DNA from: Escherichia coli
GTDB taxonomy: Bacteria > Pseudomonadota > Gammaproteobacteria > Enterobacterales > Enterobacteriaceae
NCBI RefSeq assembly: GCF_003018255.1
Contig: NZ_CP027440.1
Strand: one strand, 5' to 3'
Length of the DNA: 64,000 nucleotides
The notes under the pieces are model-generated. The model searched no databases and was not told the origin of the DNA. It worked only from the letters and a program-made list of their open reading frames with translations. Made by a program: the position numbers and the translations under genes. This document shows, piece after piece, positions 11,549 to 26,584 of the stretch. Position 1 is the first letter of the stretch; each line of letters opens with the position of its first letter.

Positions 11549-13684
11549 TTACTCGCCCTGTTCAGCAGCCGGAGCTTCCGGTGCTGCAGCAGGTTGAGAC
11601 TGCTCAGTCGCTTCTTTAATGCTCAGACGGATACGGCCCTGGCGATCAACTTCCAGAACTTTCACCGGTACTTCCTGACCCATCTGCAGGTAATCGGTCA
11701 CTTTCTCAACGCGTTTGTCAGCGATCTGAGAGATGTGTACCAGACCTTCTTTACCGCCGCCGATGGCAACAAATGCGCCAAAGTCAACGATACGGGTCAC
11801 TTTACCATTGTAGACGCGGCCCACTTCGATTTCTGCAGTGATCTCTTCGATACGACGAATAGCATGTTTCGCTTTCTCGCCGTCGGTCGCTGCGATTTTC
11901 ACAGTACCGTCATCTTCGATTTCGATGGTGGTGCCAGTTTCTTCGGTCAGAGCACGGATAACAGAACCGCCTTTACCGATAACGTCTTTGATCTTGTCCG
12001 GGTTGATCTTGATGGTATGGATACGCGGAGCGAACTCAGAGATATCGCCGCGCGGCGCGTTGATCGCCTGTTCCATTACGCCCAGGATATGCAGACGCGC
12101 ACCTTTAGCCTGGTTCAGCGCAACCTGCATGATCTCTTTGGTGATACCTTCAATTTTGATATCCATCTGCAATGCAGAGATACCGTCACGGGAACCCGCA
12201 ACTTTGAAGTCCATATCGCCCAGGTGATCTTCGTCGCCCAAAATGTCAGACAGTACAACGTAGTTGTCGCCTTCTTTCACCAGACCCATTGCGATACCCG
12301 CAACGGCAGCTTTGATCGGCACACCTGCGTCCATCAGCGCCAGAGACGCGCCGCACACGGAAGCCATAGAAGAGGAACCGTTGGATTCGGTGATTTCAGA
12401 CACAACACGTACGGTATACGGGAATTTGTCCATATCCGGCATGACTGCCAGCACGCCGCGCTTCGCCAGACGACCGTGACCAATTTCACGACGCTTCGGA
12501 GAACCGACCATGCCGGTTTCGCCTACAGAGTACGGAGGGAAGTTGTAGTGGAACAGGAAGGTGTCAGTACGTTCGCCCATCAGTTCATCAAGAACCTGCG
12601 CGTCACGTGCAGTACCTAGCGTTGCGGTAACCAGCGCCTGAGTTTCACCACGGGTGAACAGCGCAGAACCGTGAGTACGCGGCAGCACACCAGTACGCAC
12701 ATCCAGACCACGGATCATATCTTTTTCACGACCGTCGATACGCGGTTCGCCTGCCAGTACGCGGCTACGAACAACATTTTTCTCGATAGCGTGCAGAATT
12801 TCACCCAGTTCGTTTTCGTCCAGGGTTTCGTCTTCAGCAAGCAGTGTCGCGATGGTTTCAGATTTGATGACATCAACCTGCGCATAACGCTCTTGTTTGT
12901 CGGTGATGCGGTAAGCATCGCTCAGACGAGCTTCAGCCAGTGCAGCAACGCGCGCGTTCAGCGCTTCGTTTACCGGCTCCGGCTGCCAGTCCCAACGCGG
13001 TTTACCGGCTTCTTTCACCAGTTCATTGATGTTCTGAATAACAACCTGCTGTTGTTCATGACCGAAGACTACTGCGCCCAGCATCTGGTCTTCGCTCAGC
13101 AGTTCAGCTTCAGATTCAACCATCAGTACAGCGGCTTCAGTACCCGCAACAACCAGATCCAGTTTGCTCTCTTTCAACTCGTCCTGAGTCGGGTTCAGTA
13201 CGTACTGGTCATTGATGTAACCTACACGGGCAGCACCAATCGGGCCATTGAACGGAATACCAGACAGAGACAGGGCTGCGGAAGCACCAATCATCGCGAC
13301 GATATCCGGGTTAACCTGCGGGTTAACAGAAACCACGGTGGCGATAACCTGAACTTCGTTGACGAAGCCTTCCGGGAACAGCGGGCGAATCGGGCGGTCA
13401 ATCAGACGCGCGATCAGGGTTTCGCCTTCGCTTGGGCGGCCTTCACGACGGAAGAAGCTACCCGGGATACGACCAGCAGCGTAGGTACGCTCCTGATAGT
13501 TAACGGTCAGCGGGAAGAAGTCCTGACCTGGTTTGGCTTTTTTCTGACCAACAACGGTAACGAATACCGCAGTGTCATCCATGCTAACCATAACAGCGGC
13601 AGTAGCCTGACGAGCCATCATGCCGGTTTCCAGAGTCACGGTGTGTTGGCCGTACTGGAATTTACGAACGATCGGATTAAGCAA
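11549..13684 (-). CDS. pnp: Polynucleotide phosphorylase (PNPase)
   Basis: Track ORF 11549..13771 trimmed to TTG at 13684 (recognised N-terminus [16 protein letters not shown]...), 711 aa; RNase PH, KH and S1 domains. Confidence 0.95.
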   Translation of the reverse strand: MLNPIVRKFQYGQHTVTLETGMMARQATAAVMVSMDDTAVFVTVVGQKKAKPGQDFFPLTVNYQERTYAAGRIPGSFFRREGRPSEGETLIARLIDRPIRPLFPEGFVNEVQVIATVVSVNPQVNPDIVAMIGASAALSLSGIPFNGPIGAARVGYINDQYVLNPTQDELKESKLDLVVAGTEAAVLMVESEAELLSEDQMLGAVVFGHEQQQVVIQNINELVKEAGKPRWDWQPEPVNEALNARVAALAEARLSDAYRITDKQERYAQVDVIKSETIATLLAEDETLDENELGEILHAIEKNVVRSRVLAGEPRIDGREKDMIRGLDVRTGVLPRTHGSALFTRGETQALVTATLGTARDAQVLDELMGERTDTFLFHYNFPPYSVGETGMVGSPKRREIGHGRLAKRGVLAVMPDMDKFPYTVRVVSEITESNGSSSMASVCGASLALMDAGVPIKAAVAGIAMGLVKEGDNYVVLSDILGDEDHLGDMDFKVAGSRDGISALQMDIKIEGITKEIMQVALNQAKGARLHILGVMEQAINAPRGDISEFAPRIHTIKINPDKIKDVIGKGGSVIRALTEETGTTIEIEDDGTVKIAATDGEKAKHAIRRIEEITAEIEVGRVYNGKVTRIVDFGAFVAIGGGKEGLVHISQIADKRVEKVTDYLQMGQEVPVKVLEVDRQGRIRLSIKEATEQSQPAAAPEAPAAEQGE

Positions 13685-13724
13685 TGTAATATCCTTTCTC
13701 TTTCTTAGACAGTACCTTACGGCA

Positions 13725-13915
13725 CTGGTGTTAATACCCGATCTTCTGCGCATCCTCGCGACTAATGACAACCCTAACCCAGCTCTATGTGGGTAAAGCC
13801 TCTCATTAGCCGCGCGAACCTCTGCAGCGGAAGATCATTCATAGCAACAATACATTAGTTTCCAGTGAATTGCTGCCGTCAGCTTGAAAAAAGGGGCCAC
13901 TCAGGCCCCCTTTTC
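13725..13915 (+). ncRNA. sraG: Possible SraG (PsrO) sRNA antisense to the pnp leader
   Basis: Recalled location of SraG in the rpsO-pnp intergenic region on the opposite strand; plus-strand hairpin ggggccactcaggcccc + TTTT at 13893..13914 would give its 3' end; 5' end not determined. Confidence 0.3.
13886..13914. terminator. Bidirectional hairpin terminator (rpsO terminator)
   Basis: aaaaaaggggccactcaggcccccttttct: GC stem flanked by A-run and T-run. Confidence 0.75.
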
Positions 13916-13930
13916 TGAAACTCGCAAGAA

Positions 13931-14296
<366 letters not shown>

Positions 14297-14348
14297 TTAA
14301 GCGGCAGTATTCTACTCGTAGCGACCTGTTATCGCAAGACGGTTAACA

Positions 14349-15293
14349 TTACGCCGGGTATTCAACCACCAGGCGACGAGGCGCAACGCGGCCTTCATCG
14401 TCAATTTCGCCCATACCGATAAACTTGCCGTTCTCACCTTCTGTAACGCGAACCAGTCCTTCCAGCGGCGCACCGGATGTACGAACCGGGTTACCATTTT
14501 TGAAGTAAACAGAAGACGTTAACGGAAGATTCACCACTGGATAGTCCGAAGCTGGACTGTCCATTGGCATCAGTAATGGATCAAGTAACTCCGCAGCCGG
14601 AATATCCTGCTGTTCGGCTTGCTCAACCAGTTCACGCAGATGTTCCAGGGTCACCATCCGTTCAACCGGATATTTACTTACCGCCAGACGACGCAAGTAA
14701 ATAACATGCGCGCCACAACCGAGTTTTTCGCCGAGATCGTCAATGATAGTGCGGATATAAGTGCCTTTTGAGCAGTGAATTTCCAGCTCCAGCTCATTGC
14801 CTTCATGGCGAATAAACAGCAATTCATAAACGGTAATCGGGCGCGCTTCACGCGGAACTTCAATGCCCTGACGCGCGTATTCGTACAGTTTTTTGCCCTG
14901 ATATTTCAGTGCTGAATACATCGAAGGGATCTGTTCGATATCGCCACGGAAGGTATCCAGCGCCGCCGCCAGTTGCTCTGCACTAAAGGTTACCGGACGT
15001 TCTTCAACGATTTGTCCGTCGGCATCAGAAGTATCGGTACGCTGTCCAAGACGCGCAATGACCCGATAACGTTTGTCGGAGTCCAGCAGATACTGGGAAA
15101 ACTTCGTCGCTTCCCCGAGGCAAATTGGCAACATGCCGGTCGCCAGCGGGTCCAGCGCACCGGTATGCCCGGCACGGTTGGCGTTATAAATCCGTTTCAC
15201 TTTTTGCAGCGCATCGTTGCTGGACATCCCCTGCGGTTTATCCAGCAACAAAACGCCGTTAATGTCGCGACCGCGACGACGAGGACGACTCAT
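14349..15293 (-). CDS. truB: tRNA pseudouridine(55) synthase TruB
   Basis: Track ORF, 314 aa; HTGALDP catalytic-Asp motif. Confidence 0.96.
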
Positions 15294-15694
15294 TAGTCCT
15301 CCTTGCTGTCGTCCGGGTTAACACGACGTTCTTCGTCATGTTTGACCACGCTGGTCACCAGGTTTGACATGCGCATCCCTTCAACCAGAGAGTTGTCGTA
15401 GAAGAAGGTCAGTTCCGGCACGATACGCAGGCGCATCGCTTTCCCCAGCAGGCTGCGGATGAAACCAGAAGCTTCCTGCAGCGCTTTGATGCCCGCTTTA
15501 ACCGCGTCTTCATCTTTGTCGTTGAGGAACGTTACATATACTTTGGCATACGCCAGGTCGCGAGACATTTCGACACCGGAAACGGTGGTCATCATGCCCA
15601 GACGAGGATCTTTAATTTCACGCTGCAGGATGAGAGCGATCTCTTTTTGCATTTCCTGCGCTACGCGCTGCGGGCGACCAAATTCTTTCGCCAT
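15293..15694 (-). CDS. rbfA: Ribosome-binding factor A
   Basis: Track ORF 15293..15712 trimmed to ATG 15694 ([20 protein letters not shown]...), 133 aa; 1-nt overlap with truB start. Confidence 0.95.
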
Positions 15695-15710
15695 AATAAA
15701 TTCTCCTGAC

Positions 15711-15740
15711 AAAAAAGGGGCTGTTAGCCCCTTTTTAAAA
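15711..15740 (-). terminator. Hairpin with U-run between infB and rbfA (partial terminator/processing structure)
   Basis: aaaaaaggggctgttagcccctttttaaaa; GC stem flanked by A6/T5. Confidence 0.45.
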
Positions 15741-15771
15741 TTAATTTCAGGTGGAAGGGCTGTTCACGTTG

Positions 15772-15845
15772 GCCTGATAAGACGCGCCAGCGTCGCATCA
15801 GGCAATCCATGCCGGATGCGGCGTAAACGCCTTATCCCGCATGGA
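15772..15845. repeat. REP/BIME element
   Basis: gcctgataagacgcgccagcgtcgcatcaggc and gccggatgcggcgtaaacgccttatcccgc match the REP consensus. Confidence 0.65.
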
Positions 15846-15857
15846 ACCCTAAAAACC

Positions 15858-18530
15858 TTAAGCGATGGTACGTTGGATTTCGATGATTTCGAATACTTCG
15901 ATCACATCGCCAGTGCGGACGTCGTTGTAGTTCTTAACGCCGATACCACATTCCATACCGTTACGGACTTCGTTAACGTCATCTTTGAAGCGGCGCAGGG
16001 ACTCCAGCTCGCCTTCGTAGATAACCACGTTGTCGCGCAGAACGCGGATCGGGTTGTGACGTTTAACCACACCTTCGGTAACCATACAACCTGCGATGGC
16101 ACCAAATTTCGGTGATTTGAATACGTCACGAACTTCCGCCAGACCGATAATCTGTTGTTTCAGTTCCGGAGACAGCATACCGCTCATTGCCGCTTTCACT
16201 TCGTCGATCAGGTTATAGATGACGGAGTAGTAACGCAGATCCAGGCTTTCCGCTTCAATCACTTTACGTGCAGAGGCATCAGCACGTACGTTGAAGCCAA
16301 CCAGGATGGCATTGGACGCCGCAGCCAGGGTAGCGTCGGTTTCGGTGATACCACCTACGCCAGAACCGATGATCTTCACTTTAACTTCGTCAGTAGACAG
16401 TTTCAGCAAGGAGTCGGAGATAGCTTCCACAGAACCCTGTACGTCTGCCTTCAGGACGATATTCACTTCGTGAACTTCGCCTTCGGTCATGTTGGCGAAC
16501 ATGTTCTCGAGTTTAGATTTCTGCTGACGCGCCAGTTTAACTTCGCGGAATTTACCCTGACGATAGAGTGCAACTTCACGCGCTTTCTTCTCGTCACGTA
16601 CAACGGTAACTTCATCACCCGCAGCCGGAACGCCGGACAGGCCGAGGATTTCCACCGGAATGGACGGACCCGCTTCCAGCACTTCCTGACCCAGTTCGTT
16701 GCGCATCGCACGAACACGACCGTATTCGAAGCCACACAGAACGATATCGCCCTTGTGCAGAGTACCTTCACGTACCAGAACGGTAGCAACCGGACCACGA
16801 CCTTTATCGAGGAAGGATTCGATAACCGCACCGCTCGCCATACCTTTACGTACCGCTTTCAGTTCCAGAACTTCCGCCTGCAGCAGGATAGCGTCCAGCA
16901 GCTCATCGATACCAGTACCCGCTTTCGCAGACACATGTACGAACTGGCTTTCACCGCCCCACTCTTCCGGCAGGATGCCGTACTGGGAGAGTTCGTTCTT
17001 AACGCGATCCGGATCGGCTTCTGGTTTATCGATCTTGTTCACTGCAACCACCACCGGAACCTGCGCCGCTTTCGCGTGCTGGATTGCTTCGATGGTCTGC
17101 GGCATTACGCCGTCGTCGGCAGCAACAACCAGGACTACGATGTCCGTTGCCTGCGCACCACGAGCACGCATTGAAGTAAACGCGGCGTGCCCCGGGGTGT
17201 CCAGGAAGGTGATCATGCCGTTTTCAGTTTCAACGTGGTATGCACCAATGTGCTGGGTAATGCCGCCCGCTTCGCCAGAGGCCACTTTCGTTGAACGAAT
17301 GTAGTCCAGCAGAGAGGTTTTACCGTGGTCAACGTGACCCATGATGGTCACAACCGGCGCGCGCGGTTCAGCCGCTGCACCCGTGTCACGGTCGCTCATT
17401 ACCGCTTCTTCCAACTCGTTTTCACGACGCAGGATAACTTTGTGGCCCATCTCTTCAGCAACCAGCTGTGCGGTTTCCTGATCGATAACCTGGTTGATGG
17501 TTGCCATTGCGCCCAGTTTCATCATCGCTTTGATGACCTGAGAGCCTTTAACCGCCATCTTGTTCGCCAGTTCGCCAACGGTGATGGTTTCGCCGATCAC
17601 AACGTCACGGTTAACGGCCTGAGCAGGCTTCTGGAAGCCTTGCTGCAGCGAAGAACCTTTACGTTTTCCGCCCTTACCGCCACGTACTGCTGCGCGTGCT
17701 TCTTCACGATCAGCTTTTGATTCAGCGTGTTTGTTGCCTTTCTTCGGACGCGCAGCTTTCGCGTTACGACCACGGCCACGGCCGCCTTCGACTTCACGAT
17801 CGCTTTCGTCTTCTGCCTGGCGAGCATGTTGAGAAGTAGTAACGTGATAATCGCTGGAATCTTCAGTCGGTTCCGCGTTATCAGTCCATTTGTTTTCTTC
17901 CGCCATACGACGTGCTTCTTCAGCAACGCGACGTGCTTCTTCTTCGAGTTTACGACGCGCTTCTTCTTCGGCTTTACGCTTGAGCTCTGCAGCTTCCTGC
18001 TCACGGCGGGCTTTTTCAGCCTGGGCGTTTTTAGTCATATCGTCTTGTTGATTGCTCACTTTGTCTTTTTCCGCAGCTTCACGTTTCGCTTGTTCAGCAG
18101 CTTCACGCTTAGCTTGTTCTGCGGCCTCACGTTCAGCTTTTTGTTGCGCCTCACGTTTGGCCGATTCTTCTGCCTCACGACGGGCTTGCTCTTCCGCTTC
18201 ACGCTGCGCTTGCTCTTCCGCAGCAAGGCGTTCAGCCTCTTGCGGATCGCGTTTCACAAAGGTGCGTTTCTTGCGGACTTCGATTTGTACCGATTTGCTT
18301 TTTCCACCGGTACCAGGAATGTTAAGGGTGCTGCGTGTTTTACGTTGCAGCGTCAATTTGTCCGGGCCTGAATTTTTCTGATTCAGGTGGTCAATCAAAG
18401 TCTGTTTCTCTTGTGCAGACACAGAGTCGTCAGCAGACTTCCGGATACCTGCATCAGCAAATTGCTGTACCAGGCGTTCCACGGAGGTCTGTCGCTCTGC
18501 GGCCAGCGTTTTAATCGTTACATCTGTCAT
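15858..18530 (-). CDS. infB: Translation initiation factor IF-2
   Basis: Track ORF, 890 aa; GTPase G1 motif GHVDHGKT; repetitive [10 protein letters not shown]-terminal region. Confidence 0.97.
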
Positions 18531-18554
18531 GCTGTTCCTTCCTGCTACAGTTTA

Positions 18555-20042
<1,488 letters not shown>

Positions 20043-20069
20043 CGCGGGCTTTTCACCTCATCCAGACTA

Positions 20070-20522
20070 TTAAAAGTGGGGAACCAGGTTCGCCTTCTGG
20101 ATATTACTCAGCGCGAACACTTCATCTTTACCTTCGACGGTAACTGTGATCATTTCACCGTCTACCGCTTTGATAACGCCCTGCCATTTACGACGGTTTT
20201 GTACCGCCATGCGGAGAACCAGAGTCACCTCTTCTCCGACGAAACGGGCGTAGTGTTCAGCCGTGAACAGTGGGCGATCGAGACCCGGTGAGGAGACTTC
20301 CAGGTTATAAGCAACGGTGATGGGATCTTCAACATCCAGCACAGCACTTACCTGGTGGCTCACATCAGCACAATCATCAACATTGATGCCATCTTCACTA
20401 TCAATATAGATGCGCAGTGTGGATGTGCGACCGCGAATAAATTCGATGCCAACCAGTTCAAAACCCAGGGCCTCAACTGGCGCAGTAATCATCTCTGTTA
20501 ATTTTTGCTCTAATGTGGACAA
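20070..20522 (-). CDS. rimP: Ribosome maturation factor RimP
   Basis: Track ORF 20070..20534 trimmed to TTG at 20522 (recognised N-terminus [20 protein letters not shown]...), 150 aa. Confidence 0.9.
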
Positions 20523-20545
20523 GCCCACCCCCAAGACATAAAAAA

Positions 20546-20608
20546 AGGGCCTAAAGCCCAGTTATTCTGTAGTCAGATAACAAAAAACCCCGATAAATCG
20601 GGGCTTTA
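20546..20608 (-). terminator. Two tandem hairpin/U-run structures between metY and rimP
   Basis: Minus strand gggctttaggccc + U-run and agccccgatttatcggggtttttt. Confidence 0.5.
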
Positions 20609-20728
20609 TATAACTGAACCCTATAACCGCAACTGCGGTCTGGAGCACTTTCCAGAAGGATTTTTTCAAATCCCACTACGAAGGCCGAAGTCTTCACAGT
20701 ATATTTGAAAAAGGACTCTAAGGGAAAG

Positions 20729-20805
<77 letters not shown>

Positions 20806-21065
20806 CCTGAAACGTGGCAAATTCTACTCGTTTTGGGTAAAAAATGCAAATACTGCTGGGATTTGGTGTACCGAGACGGGACGTAAAATCTGCAGGCATT
20901 ATAGTGATCCACGCCACATTTTGTCAACGTTTATTGCTAATCACGTGAATGAATATCCAGTTCACTTTCATTTGTTGAATACTTTTGCCTTCTCCTGCTC
21001 TCCCTTAAGCGCATTATTTTACAAAAAACACACTAAACTCTTCCTGTCTCCGATAAAAGATGATT

Positions 21066-21101
21066 AAATGAAAACTCATTTATTTTGCATAAAAATTCAG
21101 T
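21066..21101 (+). promoter_or_regulatory. Candidate ArgR operator (ARG boxes) upstream of argG
   Basis: tttgcataaaaattcagt fits TnTGAATwwwwATTCAnw, with a weaker adjacent box aaatgaaaactcatttat; a further ARG-like box gTGAATgaatATCCAgt lies near 20944..20961. Confidence 0.4.
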
Positions 21102-21137
21102 GAGAGCGGAAATCCAGGCTCCTCATCAGTTAATTAA

Positions 21138-22496
<1,359 letters not shown>

Positions 22497-22503
22497 TTCG
22501 ACA

Positions 22504-24129
22504 TCAACCCTGCCCTTCAGGGGTGGGGTTACCTTGCTTATCCTCTGTAAACTCCTTTCTGAGCATCACATAATCGAAAACATCATGGTTTGCATCCACA
22601 ACCCGTGAGTCTCCTTTATAGTGTGCAATCACTTCCTCCAGCGTTTTCGGTTGTTCCGGCTTTGTTACCCCCATCCACGCATTAATCAGGTAATTATTGT
22701 AAGCTGTGGAAAAGATGTTGTTTTCCGTTGTGCGATCCACGCCATCCCCAAGAACGGGGCTATACCAGATAAACATCGGGACATGATATGCCTGCTGGCT
22801 GGCCTCCCTGCCTCCATGAAAATAGACGTTCTTCTTCGTAGGGTCACGTTCCAGGCCGTGGTCGGCAAAATACATGACCGAGGCGCGGCGATCTTTTAAT
22901 AATTCAAAAACCTGACCTAGCAAACTATCTGTGTAATGAATGGAGTTGTCATAGCAGGCATCCTGATCGTCCTGCGGTTGAAACACGGCGCTGGATTGCG
23001 GATAGGCGCTACAAGCCGGTTCATGGCTTCCATTTAAATGAAGAACAATCAGTTTCTTTTGCTGCGTATTTTGCTGTAATGCTTGCGATAAATGCGGCAA
23101 CAACAATTCATCAAATCCTCTGACATAAACTGTTTCCATGGCGCGCATGGCGATACTGGTAACTGCTGTACCATTCTGCCGAAAAGCGGATTGCGAGCTT
23201 AGCCAGAAAGTCTGAAATCCTGCTTGATTAGCCATATTAATAATGTTGTCCGGGTAATTATGAATGTCATGACTCAAAACGGAATCAGCAGTTAAAGAAA
23301 GGGGAACCGACAGCGCAGTGTAAGGTGCACCGCTTATTGCTTGATTAAACAGTTTGATCTGTTTTCTTTGTGCTTCGACTTGCGGTGTCGTAGAGCGTGT
23401 ATATCCATACAAAGACATATTGTCGACGCGTACAGACTCCCCCACAATCAACACGTAGGTATCAATACCTGTATCCCTGACTGATAATTGAAAATACGGC
23501 ACCGTGTTTGCAATTGAGAGTAATCTTTGATGCTCTTTCGCTGCTAAAGCAAAATAATTGAGATTGAAAAACGGTGTATAGGTAGCAAATCGCGACGCTA
23601 GTATATATGGACTGAACGCTTTTTTATTTTTTGCATCTTTATAAGCAAATTGACAAGCGGAAAATAAACTGCCCGAAATGACAATCAGCAATAATATTCC
23701 TGTCACTTTTTTCGTCGGCAAGGAAACATCATATTTTATTATTACTGCCAAAAAAAGAAGGGATAAAAAGGCAAAAGCACATAGATAAGGGATATACATC
23801 CCCAGCATTTTGACAACTTCATCCGGATCACTCTGCAGCACACTAATCGCAAATCCATCATTGAAAGTTGTACCAAAGGTACACCATGAATAGAGGCTAA
23901 TACTCATGTCTGCCGCTGTCAGTAACACAAATGGTGCGGCAACAAGCAGGCGAAGCGGAAGGGATGATATACGTTTAACAACCAGGATGGTCAGAACGAA
24001 GAACAGCAATCGCTGAACCATATGCGCTCCGGAAGAGGCGACTAAGTTCGTAATACCAAAAACAATAACACAAAGATACAACAACCAATGAGATTTAAAA
24101 CTTCTAACAAATTTGTTGAATACTGTCAT
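22504..24129 (-). CDS. yhbX: Sulfatase-family putative phosphoethanolamine transferase YhbX
   Basis: Track ORF 22504..24162 trimmed to ATG 24129 (MTVFNKFV...), 541 aa; N-terminal TM helices plus sulfatase domain; markedly AT-rich. Confidence 0.85.
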   Translation of the reverse strand: MTVFNKFVRSFKSHWLLYLCVIVFGITNLVASSGAHMVQRLLFFVLTILVVKRISSLPLRLLVAAPFVLLTAADMSISLYSWCTFGTTFNDGFAISVLQSDPDEVVKMLGMYIPYLCAFAFLSLLFLAVIIKYDVSLPTKKVTGILLLIVISGSLFSACQFAYKDAKNKKAFSPYILASRFATYTPFFNLNYFALAAKEHQRLLSIANTVPYFQLSVRDTGIDTYVLIVGESVRVDNMSLYGYTRSTTPQVEAQRKQIKLFNQAISGAPYTALSVPLSLTADSVLSHDIHNYPDNIINMANQAGFQTFWLSSQSAFRQNGTAVTSIAMRAMETVYVRGFDELLLPHLSQALQQNTQQKKLIVLHLNGSHEPACSAYPQSSAVFQPQDDQDACYDNSIHYTDSLLGQVFELLKDRRASVMYFADHGLERDPTKKNVYFHGGREASQQAYHVPMFIWYSPVLGDGVDRTTENNIFSTAYNNYLINAWMGVTKPEQPKTLEEVIAHYKGDSRVVDANHDVFDYVMLRKEFTEDKQGNPTPEGQG

Positions 24130-24547
24130 CCAGAAATCCAAGTTCACAACCAATATAAACAATTATCAACAATGTTCAATTTTATATCAGACATGTTTTT
24201 CAACTCTGATCCATATCAGACCGAAACACTGTTAGTTTTTTCTTTTTAAATGATGCGGCCATTGTTCTCAGTAATTAAATAACATTATCAATGCGTCTCT
24301 AAACATTACGCAGAACGTAGCCATCAGTAGTTATACTGACAGGAGCAGGATGGTTTATCGAGAAGTAAACATATCCGTATTCGTACCGGAACTGGAGTTG
24401 ACACAATAAAGTGCCAATTATGTCAGCAGAAGGGAAAAGTTTATAACTAAGGCGTACCGATACCATCGTTTCAAAGTACCAGCTACGAGTAAAGCAACTG
24501 GACGAGATACAGATACCTGACAACCATTCCTCAGACCAGGACCAAAA

Positions 24548-24580
24548 CGAAAAAAGACGCTTTTCAGCGTCTCTTTTCTG
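24548..24580 (-). terminator. Intrinsic terminator after leuU
   Basis: Minus strand gacgctgaaaagcgtc hairpin followed by UUUUUU. Confidence 0.7.
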
Positions 24581-24585
24581 GAATT

Positions 24586-24672
24586 TGGTACCGAGGACGG
24601 GACTTGAACCCGTAAGCCCTATTGGGCACTACCACCTCAAGGTAGCGTGTCTACCAATTCCACCACCTCGGC
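24586..24672 (-). tRNA. leuU: tRNA-Leu (GAG)
   Basis: Reverse complement is GCCGAGGTGGTGGAATTGGTAGACACGCTACCTTGAGGTGGTAGTGCCCAATAGGGCTTACGGGTTCAAGTCCCGTCCTCGGTACCA: long variable arm, CCA end. Confidence 0.93.
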
Positions 24673-24686
24673 ACGGATACTACTTT

Positions 24687-25019
24687 TTAGTTCGGGATAT
24701 CGCTGGTCGGCTTAGCCGGAGCTGCTGGCTGAATTTGTTCGGTTTTCGTCGGCGCACTCAGGTTTTCCCATTCGCTACCTTTATTGGTTTTGTTGCTATT
24801 GATGTTACCCAGCACCAGACTGATGATGAAGAATAACGTTGCCAGCAGCGCTGTCATGCGGGTCATGAAGTTACCAGAACCACTTGAACCAAACAGCGTA
24901 GCGGAAGCGCCTGCTCCGAAGGAGGCTCCCATATCAGCGCCTTTACCTTGCTGCAGCATGATCAGACCAACAAGGCCAATTGCCACAATAAGGAAAACTA
25001 CTAAAAGAGCTTCGTACAT
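24687..25019 (-). CDS. secG: Protein-export membrane protein SecG
   Basis: Track ORF 24687..25067 trimmed to ATG 25019 (MYEALLVVFLIVAIGLVGLIMLQQGKGADMGASFG...), 110 aa. Confidence 0.94.
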   Translation of the reverse strand: MYEALLVVFLIVAIGLVGLIMLQQGKGADMGASFGAGASATLFGSSGSGNFMTRMTALLATLFFIISLVLGNINSNKTNKGSEWENLSAPTKTEQIQPAAPAKPTSDIPN

Positions 25020-25203
25020 AATCAACCTGTTCCTTGCGGAGTTGCCGCGTACCAATGCTTCAACCAATAAAGCGGGAGTTTTTAATCTTTCCCACTGAAG
25101 CGGGTGTGAATACTAACCAAAGCGAATGACCTTCGCAAGGGCAATTTTATTGCATTGTATCAACTGCGGAAAAAAACAGCAAAACCGATGTGTTCGCTGA
25201 GAA

Positions 25204-25230
25204 AAAAGGCGACAATCGCCGCCTTTTTAG
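25204..25230 (-). terminator. Intrinsic terminator after glmM
   Basis: ggcgacaatcgcc stem with flanking A/T runs. Confidence 0.6.
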
Positions 25231-25246
25231 CCAGTTATTTATCGTT

Positions 25247-26584
25247 TTAAACGGCTTTTACTGCATCGGCGATGCGGTGTGCAAATTCAGTCACCTGCGC
25301 TTCGTCTTCGCCTTCCACCATCACGCGAATTAACGGTTCGGTGCCGGATTTACGCAACAGCACACGTCCACGGCTACCCAGCGCAGCTTCAACTTCTGCG
25401 GTCACAGCTTTGACTGACTCATGCTCCAGCGGATCGCCGCTGCCTGCTGTGTAACGCACGTTAACCAGAATCTGCGGGAACATTTTCATGCCGCTGCAAA
25501 GGTCGTGCAGGCTCATATGGTTACGCGCCATCGCCGCCAGCACCTGCAAGCCAGCAACAATGCCGTCACCGGTAGTGGTTTTATCCAGCAGGATCACATG
25601 ACCGGAGTTCTCTGCACCGATACGCCAGCCTTTCTCCTGCATTTTTTCCAGTACGTAGCGGTCACCCACTTTCGCGCGCGCAAATGGAATACCTAACTGT
25701 TTCAGCGCCAGTTCAAGCCCCATGTTGCTCATCAATGTACCCACAGCACCACCACGCAGCTGGCCCTGACGAAGACCTTCACGCGCGATGATATACATGA
25801 TCTGATCGCCATCGACTTTATTGCCTTCATGGTCAACCATAATCACGCGATCGCCGTCGCCGTCGAAGGCAATACCGAGATCCGCTTTTTCAGCCAGCAC
25901 ACGAGCCTGGAGCGCGCGAACGTCGGTAGCCCCCACTTCGGCATTGATGTTTACACCGTTCGGCTCACAACCGATAGCGATAACGTTCGCCCCCAGTTCG
26001 CGCAGCACGTTCGGCGCGATGTGATAAGTCGCACCGTTTGCACAATCCACCACAATCTTCAGTTCACTGAGGCTAAGTTCGTTCGGGAACGTGGCTTTGC
26101 AAAACTCGATATAGCGACCCGCAGCATCAACGATACGGCTGGCTTTACCCAGTTCTGCCGAATCAACGCAGCTGATCTCTTTTTCCATTTCCGCTTCGAT
26201 GGCCTCTTCTACCGCATCCGGTAGTTTGGTGCCGTCGATAGAGAAGAATTTAATGCCGTTATCGTAGAATGGGTTATGCGATGCAGAAATTACAATTCCA
26301 GCCTCTGCGCGGAAGGTACGCGTCAGATAAGCCACGGCCGGTGTTGGCATCGGGCCAGTGAAGAGCGCGGAAAGACCGGCTGCCGCAAGCCCCGCTTCCA
26401 GTGCTGACTCCAGCATATAGCCAGAAATACGCGTGTCTTTACCAATAATAATCTTACGGGAGCCGTGGCGCGCCAGCACTTTACCCGCGGCCCAACCCAG
26501 CTTAAGCACAAAATCAGGGGTGATCGGCGCATCCCCTACACGACCACGAATCCCATCGGTACCGAAATATTTACGATTACTCAT
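25247..26584 (-). CDS. glmM: Phosphoglucosamine mutase GlmM
   Basis: Track ORF, 445 aa; active-site motif SASHNP. Confidence 0.97.
   Translation of the reverse strand: MSNRKYFGTDGIRGRVGDAPITPDFVLKLGWAAGKVLARHGSRKIIIGKDTRISGYMLESALEAGLAAAGLSALFTGPMPTPAVAYLTRTFRAEAGIVISASHNPFYDNGIKFFSIDGTKLPDAVEEAIEAEMEKEISCVDSAELGKASRIVDAAGRYIEFCKATFPNELSLSELKIVVDCANGATYHIAPNVLRELGANVIAIGCEPNGVNINAEVGATDVRALQARVLAEKADLGIAFDGDGDRVIMVDHEGNKVDGDQIMYIIAREGLRQGQLRGGAVGTLMSNMGLELALKQLGIPFARAKVGDRYVLEKMQEKGWRIGAENSGHVILLDKTTTGDGIVAGLQVLAAMARNHMSLHDLCSGMKMFPQILVNVRYTAGSGDPLEHESVKAVTAEVEAALGSRGRVLLRKSGTEPLIRVMVEGEDEAQVTEFAHRIADAVKAV

Noticed and set aside
24130-24585. Possible small genes in the AT-rich yhbX-leuU spacer (track ORF 24299..24523 minus, 74 aa; a 19-codon plus-strand ORF near 24350)
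   Set aside because: No ribosome-binding site, no recognisable domain and AT-rich composition, where random ORFs are common. More likely the yhbX promoter region.
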